From the IMG/VR virus record IMGVR_UViG_3300045988_168500, positions 1 through 41,306 of that record: a DNA stretch of 41,306 nt. The stretch is one strand, 5' to 3'. This DNA comes from a virus. The notes below the pieces were generated by a model. The model did no database searches. It was not told the origin of the DNA and saw nothing but the letters and a program-made list of their open reading frames with translations. The position numbers and the translations under genes are program-made. Of the stretch, positions 26,348-33,273 are shown piece by piece; the stretch's first letter is position 1; every line of letters begins with the position of its first letter.

Positions 26348-26385
26348 AAAAGTTAGGAAATTTAATTTTTTCTAACTTTTTTTTA
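26348..26385 (+). terminator. terminator closing the lysis region
   Basis: AAAAGTTAGGAAA pairs with TTTTTCTAACTTTT, followed by a T-run. Confidence 0.6.
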
Positions 26386-26400
26386 TTTATTTTAGTCAAA

Positions 26401-26572
26401 TTTAATTTAAACAAAGTTAATTTAATTTTAATTAAACAAAGTTAAGCTATTTTAATTTAATCTAAACTAATTTAATTTAATATAAATTAAATATTAAATA
26501 TTTTATATTATTTTAAAATATTTAAATAAAATAAAAATAAATTTCAAATAAGATTAAACAAAATTAAACAAA
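26401..26572. repeat. AT-rich iteron field
   Basis: TTAAACAAAGTTAA at 26407 and 26432. Tandem ATTAAACAAA at 26553 and 26563. TTTAATTTAA at 26401, 26451 and 26471, with a near copy at 26421. Confidence 0.7.
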
Positions 26573-26660
26573 AAATATTTAATTAAAATTAAAAAAAAAA
26601 AAATAAGTGTTTTTAAACTTAAATTTGTTTAAAAACACTTAAATAAAATAAAAATAAATT
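26522..26660. repeat. exact 22-bp direct repeat TTAAATAAAATAAAAATAAATT (26522-26543 and 26639-26660)
   Basis: Read directly. The second copy abuts the tyrosine recombinase stop codon. Confidence 0.8.
26591..26640 (-). terminator. terminator of the tyrosine recombinase gene
   Basis: Perfect 14-bp stem: AAGTGTTTTTAAAC (26605-18) pairs with GTTTAAAAACACTT (26627-40). The A14 run at 26591-26604 gives a U-run on the minus strand. Confidence 0.8.
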
Positions 26661-26661
26661 A

Positions 26662-27669
26662 TTATAATTTTGATGATTTATATTGATATGCAATTTTTTC
26701 ATTGTCAATTTCAGCATAAATCATAGTCGTATCTAAGCTTGTATGTCCTAATAATTTTTGAACAGTGGTTATATCTGCAGTTTGAGCTAATTTAGTTGCG
26801 AATGTGTGTCTAAGAATATGAGGTGTAAAATCTACAGATAAATTTAAATCTTTTTTTATTCTATCAAAAATCTTTTGAACTCCTCTTTGAGATAATCGTT
26901 TATAAGGTTTCTTAACAGATACAAATAAAGCTGGATTATCATCAGATCTTGAAGCTAAATATTTATTTAAATAAAATTTTGTGATGTCAGAGAAAATAAC
27001 AACCCTTTCTTTATTACCTTTACCAATTACACGAAGAGTATTAGATTCATAGTTTAAATCATCTTTATTTATGCTTATTAATTCTGATACCCTAACTCCT
27101 GTTGAATACAGAAATTCAAGTAAAGCCCTATCTCTAACATTTGAACAACTTAATCTAATTTGCTCAAATGTAATTTCATTTAATGATTTTTTTAATCTTT
27201 TTTCCTGTTTAATTTTTTTTAATTTTCTTGAAGGATCATTATCTAAATAATCTTCTTCACATAAAAATTTAAAAAAAGATTTTATGCATATGATAATTGA
27301 ATTAAGAGAATTAGTTTTACAAGTTGATTGTTTATAAAGTACATACATCTTTAAGTCTGCAACACTTATATCTTCAATTTTCTTTGTAAGATAAGAATTT
27401 AATTCATTTAACATATATTTTTTATTTTTTAAAGTTCCTGGAGAAAGTCCTTCAAGTTGTTTAGACTTTATATAAATATCTATATATGTTAGAAAGTCTG
27501 ATTCCTCCTGATGTAAAAATATAATCTCTACATTTTTAGTACACTTATATAGTTCATCAATTAAAGCACGTTGTTGTATAATGTTAAAATCAAATCTTTT
27601 AGAAATCTCATTAGAAGCTTTAAAAATAAACTGTTCATTATAAATCTTTTCATCTTTTACTACATGCAT
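26662..27669 (-). CDS. tyrosine recombinase, XerC/XerD-like
   Basis: SAM-like N-domain (LEGLSPGTLKNKKYMLNEL). Catalytic set: STGVRVSEL (Arg), GKGNKER (Lys), HILRHTFAT (His-x-x-Arg), LGHTS (His), MIYAEI (Tyr). Confidence 0.9.
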   Translation of the reverse strand: MHVVKDEKIYNEQFIFKASNEISKRFDFNIIQQRALIDELYKCTKNVEIIFLHQEESDFLTYIDIYIKSKQLEGLSPGTLKNKKYMLNELNSYLTKKIEDISVADLKMYVLYKQSTCKTNSLNSIIICIKSFFKFLCEEDYLDNDPSRKLKKIKQEKRLKKSLNEITFEQIRLSCSNVRDRALLEFLYSTGVRVSELISINKDDLNYESNTLRVIGKGNKERVVIFSDITKFYLNKYLASRSDDNPALFVSVKKPYKRLSQRGVQKIFDRIKKDLNLSVDFTPHILRHTFATKLAQTADITTVQKLLGHTSLDTTMIYAEIDNEKIAYQYKSSKL

Positions 27670-27697
27670 ATGTTCCTCATTTCCGCCTTTTTAACAA

Positions 27698-27713
27698 CGT
27701 GTACAAATACACG
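27698..27713. promoter_or_regulatory. palindrome CGTGTA-CAAA-TACACG just upstream of the recombinase start
   Basis: Perfect 6-bp arms, about 30 nt upstream of the minus-strand ATG. Possible operator. Confidence 0.35.
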
Positions 27714-27983
27714 CAAGCTTACTATATTATAGAAACAAGTAAACATATTTATAGCTTGTCCATGTATATTTTTAAATCCATACAACATTAAAATTAAGAT
27801 TGGATAAATGAAAAATTAAAATATAAAAATGCTATACCAAAAAAACGGAAATATATAAGAAATAAATATAAATAAAATACAAAAAAAGTATAAAAAAAAT
27901 ATAAAAAGTGTATAAAAATTTTAAAACTGGAAATAATATAAGTATAATAAATAAGAATTAAATAAAAATATATCCCTGTTACT

Positions 27984-28027
27984 TTAGTTATTTTTAATTT
28001 CAAATTGAAACGGGAAAAAATAACTAA
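27984..28027. repeat. nested palindrome (12-bp arms enclosing TTTCAA-A-TTGAAA)
   Basis: TTAGTTATTTTT (27984-95) is inverted to AAAAATAACTAA (28016-27). The inner palindrome lies at 27998-28010. Confidence 0.85.
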
Positions 28028-28038
28028 AAATAAAAGAT

Positions 28039-28099
28039 GGGGGAGTCTGCGCGGCGGGGCCAATAAATAAAAAGAAATTGGCGCTGCTTTTTATTTATT
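28039..28099. repeat. GC island GGGGGAGTCTGCGCGGCGGGGCC followed by a 13-bp inverted repeat
   Basis: AATAAATAAAAAG (28062-74) is inverted to CTTTTTATTTATT (28087-99). An alternative pairing is GCCAAT/ATTGGC (28059-82). Confidence 0.85.
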
Positions 28100-28279
28100 T
28101 AAACCACTCGATTGTACAAGCCTAACTCTAGCGATATCAACAAAAAATAGTGTGAAGCGCAAAAAACACACTTCACATAATCAATCACATAGTTAATCAA
28201 ATAAATTTTACAAAGTAGTCAAATATGTGAACCGTATTGCATATATATTAAATATAAAAAGAAAAAGGGGGAAAATAAT

Positions 28280-28855
28280 ATGCAAGAACGAGATCTAAAA
28301 ATTTTAAGTTTTTTAACTATGTGTAGAATATGTACTAGAAAACAAGTACAGGAATTATTATTTCCAGATGTCCATGAAAATATACCATTAAGAAGATTAA
28401 AAAAACTAAGCGATGAAGGTTATATAAATAGAAAGATGTTTAATGTAGAAGGTACTAAGAATATGTACGTATACTATCTTGATAAACAACCTAAAAAGAA
28501 ATTAATAACACATGATCTTTATATAACTGATTTTCTAATTAAACTTATAAAAAATGGATATGAAATTTTAGATTTTAAGAAGAGTCCACAAATAGGCAAT
28601 ATAATTCCAGATGCATACCTAAAGATAAGAAAAAATAAAAGAATAAAACGAATTTTACTTGAAGTCCAAATAAGTCCTAATGACTGCTTATCAAAATATA
28701 AAGAAATTAAAGATATAATAATAGAAAATACAGATTGGCCTGTTATGCCTACGTTATATGTTATTAATAACCAAAACTTAAATAAAAGAATGAAAGATAT
28801 AAAAGTTATATATGATAGCATAAAAATAGAAAAGGTAGGTGATATAATTGATTAA
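28280..28855 (+). CDS. replication-relaxation family protein (wHTH + PD-(D/E)xK-like nuclease fold)
   Basis: RDLKILSFL...RRLKKLSDEGYINR (wHTH-like segment), then THDLY, IIPDAYL and LLEVQIS. GGGGGA RBS. Confidence 0.65.
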   Translation: MQERDLKILSFLTMCRICTRKQVQELLFPDVHENIPLRRLKKLSDEGYINRKMFNVEGTKNMYVYYLDKQPKKKLITHDLYITDFLIKLIKNGYEILDFKKSPQIGNIIPDAYLKIRKNKRIKRILLEVQISPNDCLSKYKEIKDIIIENTDWPVMPTLYVINNQNLNKRMKDIKVIYDSIKIEKVGDIID

Positions 28856-29921
28856 TCTATTTATAGATAGTATATTTAATGCTGCTAAATCAATAGAGAA
28901 TATAGTATTAAAAAAGAAGTATAACTGGGATAAATTATTCTTTGAGATTAACCTATGTAATCGTAGTAAAGAATATCCTATATTACATCATCAATATAAA
29001 GATAATGATTTTTATTTTACAATTCCTATAGGGCTTTCAATAAATGATTTTATAAAATATAAAATAGAAATAGCTACTTTTCTAAAGGTAAATTCAGATA
29101 AATTAAAAATAGAGTATAAAAATACATTAATATTAATTCATATAAATAACAATGATGAAAAATATAATTATAATGATTTTTGCTTTGACGATAAAAAGGG
29201 AGTTCCAGTTGGAATAGATTTAGATACACATAACATTGTTTACTGGTATTATAAATCAGCAAATGAATGTCACCTATTAATTGCAGGGGCGACAGGTTCA
29301 GGCAAATCAGTTTGTTTAGATGTAATTGTAAATAATTTAATAAAGAGAAAAAATATAGATTTGTATATTCAAGATACAAAATTAATAGATCTGTATCAAT
29401 ATAAAAATAAATGTAAGTATTATGGTGAAGGTAAAGATGGTATAGAGGATATTATGGAAGAGTTAATAGAAGAAATGAATAGAAGATATAAAACTTTAAG
29501 AAGAAATAAAGATAGAAGATATAAAGATATATTCTTAATAATAGAAGAGTTAGCGAGTTTTAATCCAAAGATAGATAAAGAATTTTATAGATTACTAGGA
29601 GAGCTATTAGCAAAAGGTAGAGCAGCAAGTATTTATGTTATATTGACAACACAAACACCTTATGCTGAAATATTACCGGGAGCATTAAAATCTAATATTA
29701 ATACGAAAATTGGATTAAAGGCAAATACAAAAGAAGCATCGAAGATAATATCAGGAGATTATGAAGCTTTAATGAATTTGAGAGGAAAAGGACATGGAAA
29801 GATTTTTACAGGAAATAGTGTAAGAGAGATACAATGCTTTAATATAAAAGAAGCATCTACTGCTGCAACAGTAAATGCTCCAGATAGTAATAAGGCCAAC
29901 AGAACCGAAAAAACTATCTAA
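28848..29921 (+). CDS. FtsK/SpoIIIE-family (TcpA/TraB-like) DNA-translocase ATPase, soluble
   Basis: Walker A AGATGSGKS, Walker B IFLIIEELA, and an FtsK-type RAASIYVILTTQTP segment. TTG start overlaps the upstream gene by 8 nt. Confidence 0.8.
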   Translation: MINLFIDSIFNAAKSIENIVLKKKYNWDKLFFEINLCNRSKEYPILHHQYKDNDFYFTIPIGLSINDFIKYKIEIATFLKVNSDKLKIEYKNTLILIHINNNDEKYNYNDFCFDDKKGVPVGIDLDTHNIVYWYYKSANECHLLIAGATGSGKSVCLDVIVNNLIKRKNIDLYIQDTKLIDLYQYKNKCKYYGEGKDGIEDIMEELIEEMNRRYKTLRRNKDRRYKDIFLIIEELASFNPKIDKEFYRLLGELLAKGRAASIYVILTTQTPYAEILPGALKSNINTKIGLKANTKEASKIISGDYEALMNLRGKGHGKIFTGNSVREIQCFNIKEASTAATVNAPDSNKANRTEKTI

Positions 29922-29940
29922 TAATATTATAATAGTATAC

Positions 29941-29983
29941 AGAAAGAAGTACAAATAATTTTTACTGTACTTCTTTCTATTTT
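29941..29983 (+). terminator. rho-independent terminator
   Basis: Perfect 12-bp stem: AGAAAGAAGTAC (29941-52) pairs with GTACTTCTTTCT (29967-78), followed by ATTTT. Confidence 0.8.
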
Positions 29984-29986
29984 AGC

Positions 29987-30036
29987 GCTTGTACTAAATA
30001 ACATTAACCTGGTGGTGATAGTAACTTAGTACAAGC
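29987..30036. other. 50-bp inverted repeat; candidate attP of the adjacent large serine recombinase
   Basis: GCTTGTACTAA (29987-97) is inverted to TTAGTACAAGC (30026-36) around a 28-nt centre. It lies 16 nt beyond the recombinase stop. Confidence 0.45.
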
Positions 30037-30051
30037 AAATGTGTAAAAAAA

Positions 30052-31416
30052 TTATAAAAATTTAATGTCAATATTATAATTTCCATCAATAGTTATAACA
30101 TCAATAAAAGAGGTCCAAAATCTTTTACGTTCGGTAGCATCTAAATTATAATATATATCTTCTATATTATCTAATATAGATAGTAATTTATCAGCATCTT
30201 TAGGAGCTACTTTTGCAACTTCTTTATTTTTTATTTCTTCTAAAGCCTGGTTAAATATAGCATAATCTTTTTTATAGTCTTCTAATGAAATCAAATCATT
30301 TAGATATAATTCTCTTAATTTATCTATTTTCTTTTGAATTTTAGCTTTATTTTGAGAAATATCAGTAGAACTTGATTTTTTTGAAGAAACATCAAAAGAA
30401 TACAGATAATTTTTATATTCTTCAACTATACAATTCAAAAGTACCTTTTCAAGTTTTTTTTCATTTATAGATTTTTTCTGATCACAATCTTTATAGATGC
30501 TATATCTATTACATCTATATGTTTTTATTACATTTTTACCACTTCTATTACTATAATGTCCGACAATTTTATAACCACAATGTGCACATTTTAAGAGGCC
30601 ACTGAAAATATAAGTTTCTTTTCTGTTATTAGATACATATTGCTTATTATTTTTCAATATCCTTTGGACATTGCTAAATTGCTCTAGAGAAATAATTGGC
30701 TCGCAGTAATTTTCTTTATAATAATTTTTAGATTTATAAGTTCCTGTATAAATTATATTTTTTAATAATTTATTAAAACTCCTAAAACTTGTAGGTTGAT
30801 TATAAACATTATTTATCTGTATAAAAGCAGCACGAGCTGACATTAATTCTTCAACCAAGTCGAAACTTTTTTTTACAATCCAAGCGGTATTTTCATCGAT
30901 TGCTAACTTTTTATCTACAATTTTATAACCCTTTGGAACACTACCGGATATAACTTCATTTCTTTCAATCTTGTATCTAAATACGTCTTTTATACGTTCA
31001 GAGGTTTTATCCAGTTCTCTTTCTGCTAAAGATAATTTTAAGTTAAATGTAAATTTACCATCTGCAGTTGAAGTGTCTATGTCATCTTCGAAAATTGCTT
31101 TCATACAGACATTATTACTCTTAAATTGTTGGTCCAATAAATTAGCATCTATTATATTTCTACTTAATCTATCTAATTTTGTAAAAAGAACTATATCAAA
31201 TTTATCAAGATCTGATAATAGATTTTGTAATCCTTGTCTTTTTGTATTTTTAGCAGTCAAACCTTCATCAATATAAATTTTGTATATTTTATAATTGTTT
31301 CTTTTACAATATTGTTTCAAATCTTCTTTTTGTGCTTCTATAGATAACCCGTGAAGCTTTTGTTCTTCATGTGAAACTCTACAGTAGCAAGCAGCTTTTT
31401 TTATTATTGTTTCCAT
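30052..31416 (-). CDS. large serine recombinase (integrase)
   Basis: AACYCRVSHEEQ (catalytic Ser), KLDRLSRN, recombinase domain, zinc ribbon CAHCG...RCNRY, and a C-terminal coiled coil. Confidence 0.9.
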   Translation of the reverse strand: METIIKKAACYCRVSHEEQKLHGLSIEAQKEDLKQYCKRNNYKIYKIYIDEGLTAKNTKRQGLQNLLSDLDKFDIVLFTKLDRLSRNIIDANLLDQQFKSNNVCMKAIFEDDIDTSTADGKFTFNLKLSLAERELDKTSERIKDVFRYKIERNEVISGSVPKGYKIVDKKLAIDENTAWIVKKSFDLVEELMSARAAFIQINNVYNQPTSFRSFNKLLKNIIYTGTYKSKNYYKENYCEPIISLEQFSNVQRILKNNKQYVSNNRKETYIFSGLLKCAHCGYKIVGHYSNRSGKNVIKTYRCNRYSIYKDCDQKKSINEKKLEKVLLNCIVEEYKNYLYSFDVSSKKSSSTDISQNKAKIQKKIDKLRELYLNDLISLEDYKKDYAIFNQALEEIKNKEVAKVAPKDADKLLSILDNIEDIYYNLDATERKRFWTSFIDVITIDGNYNIDIKFL

Positions 31417-31622
31417 AATGAGTACCCCTTCGCTAAATTTTTACTAAATGTTATCATATATAAATATTTTAAACAATAAATTTTAGATTTACTCATAAAA
31501 TATAATTTTTTTAAAAACTTTTTTTAATAAATCACTTTTTAGTTATAAATAAATAATCAGATTTCTATCATATAAAAACGCCAATTTTGGGGAAACTAAA
31601 ATGAACGAAAGGAAAATATATT

Positions 31623-31823
31623 ATGGTAGAAATTAAAATACGCGAAATACGAGATAAAAAAAGAATATCTCTAAGAACATTAAGTAGAAAAACGAAGATA
31701 AGTATAGGGGCATTAAATAATTATGAAAATAATAAAACAAGTCCAACATTAGATAATATTGAAGAAATAGCAAAGGCACTTAATTGTAAAATAACCGATT
31801 TATTTGAGTCAGAATATAAGTAA
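31623..31823 (+). CDS. XRE-family HTH regulator (66 aa)
   Basis: IREIRDKKRISLRTLSRKTKISIGALNNYENNKTSPTLDNIEEIAKAL. Divergent from the serine recombinase gene. Confidence 0.8.
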   Translation: MVEIKIREIRDKKRISLRTLSRKTKISIGALNNYENNKTSPTLDNIEEIAKALNCKITDLFESEYK

Positions 31824-31830
31824 ACAAAAA

Positions 31831-31854
31831 AAGTGTTCATATATATGAACACTT
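31831..31854. terminator. palindromic hairpin, probable terminator
   Basis: AAGTGTTCAT-ATAT-ATGAACACTT, with an A-run upstream and TT downstream. Confidence 0.5.
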
Positions 31855-31929
31855 TGGGAAAAATGTAGAAAAATAAAGAAAATGCAACTACAATCAAACT
31901 ATAAAAAATAAAACCAAAATTCAAAAAAG

Positions 31930-31958
31930 TTGCACGATTAAAAGAAAAGATTTACAAT
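31930..31958 (+). promoter_or_regulatory. sigma-A-type promoter candidate
   Basis: TTGCAC (31930-35), 17-nt spacer, TACAAT (31953-58). Confidence 0.5.
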
Positions 31959-32011
31959 TATAATTAAATCGAACGTAAGTTCGAGATAAATTCAAACAGG
32001 GGGATTTAAAA

Positions 32012-32167
32012 ATGGATAAAAAGCTAGATAAAAAGCTAGATAAAAAGCTAGATAAAAAAGAAAAAGATTTATATACAGAAACAATAATAAAAATGATGAA
32101 AAATATGAATGAAATTGAAAAGAAGAGAATATATAAATTTGTATCATATGTTTATAATAGAAAATAA
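32012..32167 (+). CDS. small protein with a (DKKL)x3 N-terminal repeat (51 aa)
   Basis: GGGGGA RBS. Translation: MDKKLDKKLDKKLDKKEKDLYTETIIKMMKNMNEIEKKRIYKFVSYVYNRK*. Followed by a terminator. Confidence 0.5.
   Translation: MDKKLDKKLDKKLDKKEKDLYTETIIKMMKNMNEIEKKRIYKFVSYVYNRK
32015..32058 (+). repeat. 12-bp tandem repeat GATAAAAAGCTA x3 plus a partial copy
   Basis: Read directly inside the small ORF. Confidence 0.9.
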
Positions 32168-32191
32168 GTCCAGGAAACTGGACTTATTTTT
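32166..32191. terminator. bidirectional terminator between convergent genes
   Basis: AAGTCCAG-GAAA-CTGGACTT, with T-runs on both strands. Confidence 0.75.
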
Positions 32192-32571
32192 TATTCTGAT
32201 TCTTTCTTTATTTCTAGAAATCTATCAATTATTTTTTCTAGTGTTTCTAATTCATCTTCACTTAAAGAAGCAAAAGTTTTAAATAAATTTTTATGAAAAT
32301 TATTTTCCCCAGTCATTATATAATCAATTTTTGCCAAATAATCTTCATCATCTTTATTATTAGAAAACATTTCACCTTCGCCAGTTGTAAGCCATATATA
32401 ATCGATTTTAAATTCACTACAAGTCAACTTTATACTTGCCTCTTTTAAGTTATATTTTCCATTTTCAATATCGCTTACAGTATTTGCCTTTAAACCTATT
32501 TTTTCGCCAAAGTCTTTTTGAGTCATTTTTAAAGTTTTTCTTAAATATTTTAATCTTTCACCTATATTCAT
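32191..32571 (-). CDS. CI-like XRE-family repressor
   Basis: N-terminal HTH (IGERLKYLRKTLKMTQKDFGEKIGLKANTVSDIENGK) plus a C-terminal oligomerisation-type domain. Divergent from the early operon. Confidence 0.85.
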   Translation of the reverse strand: MNIGERLKYLRKTLKMTQKDFGEKIGLKANTVSDIENGKYNLKEASIKLTCSEFKIDYIWLTTGEGEMFSNNKDDEDYLAKIDYIMTGENNFHKNLFKTFASLSEDELETLEKIIDRFLEIKKESE

Positions 32572-32594
32572 GATATCACCTCTATATTAATAAT

Positions 32595-32679
32595 ATCGGA
32601 ATACGAAAAAAAAATCAATAATTTTATTGACAAATATCGTAAATTGAAATAATATATAAGTATAAAATCGAAATGCGAT
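32595..32679. promoter_or_regulatory. immunity switch: three ATCG-N5-CGA(T) operator-like palindromes and the early promoter
   Basis: O1 ATCGGAATACGA 32595-606. O2 ATCGTAAATTGA 32636-47. O3 ATCGAAATGCGAT 32667-79. TTGACA (32627-32), 17-nt spacer, TAATAT (32650-55); O2 lies within the spacer. Confidence 0.55.
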
Positions 32680-32698
32680 AAAAAAGGGGGATAAAAAG

Positions 32699-32854
32699 AT
32701 GAAAAACGAAAAAATAGAAAAAATAGCTGAAAAATTCATGTCATTAGACGAAAATTCAAAACAATTTGTCGCTGGATATATGTCAGCTAGAATCGAAGCA
32801 GCAGAAGAAATAAGACAGCTAAAAGAACAAATTAAAGCAATAAAGGCGAGTTAA
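32699..32854 (+). CDS. small early protein (51 aa)
   Basis: GGGGGA RBS. Translation: MKNEKIEKIAEKFMSLDENSKQFVAGYMSARIEAAEEIRQLKEQIKAIKAS*. Confidence 0.5.
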   Translation: MKNEKIEKIAEKFMSLDENSKQFVAGYMSARIEAAEEIRQLKEQIKAIKAS

Positions 32855-32876
32855 TCTCGCCTAAGGGGGAATACGA

Positions 32877-33026
32877 GTGAAAGCTAAAAGCGAACCTAAA
32901 GTAAAATTCATAAATGAACTTGACATAAATAAATTAACTAAAGGCCTAGAAAGTATATTAGGTAAAAAATACAATGTGGACATAAAAATAACAGCTACAA
33001 AGAAAACTGATAGAGAGGGGGCTTAA
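32877..33026 (+). CDS. small early protein (49 aa, GTG start)
   Basis: AAGGGGGA RBS. Its stop lies 2 nt before the next ATG. Confidence 0.4.
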   Translation: MKAKSEPKVKFINELDINKLTKGLESILGKKYNVDIKITATKKTDREGA

Positions 33027-33028
33027 AG

Positions 33029-33262
33029 ATGAAAAAGATAGTAGAATTTACACTTCAAGAAGCATCTGATTTAGAGGATATCTTTGAATGCCAAATAATA
33101 GAACTTACACAAAGTATTAACGGGTTTAAAAGAAATAAGTTGAAAGCATCTACTATTTCTTCAATAGAGGGATATGAAGAACTGATTGAAAGATGTGAAA
33201 AAGCAAGAAATATCAATAGAAATTTACTAAAGAAAATAAGAGAAACTAAAATAACAAATTAG
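33029..33262 (+). CDS. hypothetical early protein
   Basis: GAGAGGGGG RBS. 77 aa. Confidence 0.6.
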   Translation: MKKIVEFTLQEASDLEDIFECQIIELTQSINGFKRNKLKASTISSIEGYEELIERCEKARNINRNLLKKIRETKITN

Positions 33263-33273
33263 GGGGAAAGAAT

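Noticed and set aside
26401-26660. Possible CRISPR array in the repeat-rich AT region
   Set aside because: The repeats are only 10-22 bp, are irregularly spaced and are low complexity. There is no repeat-spacer periodicity in the 24-48 bp range and no cas genes.
27723-27760. dif-like Xer site near the tyrosine recombinase promoter
   Set aside because: It shows only a loose resemblance (TATATTAT..GAAAC) to the Bacillus dif sequence as I recall it, which is not enough to call.
27794-28063. 89-aa minus-strand ORF in the recombinase/FtsK intergenic region
   Set aside because: The sequence is poly-F/Y/I/L produced by AT-rich non-coding DNA, and there is no RBS. The region is better explained by palindromes and promoter elements.
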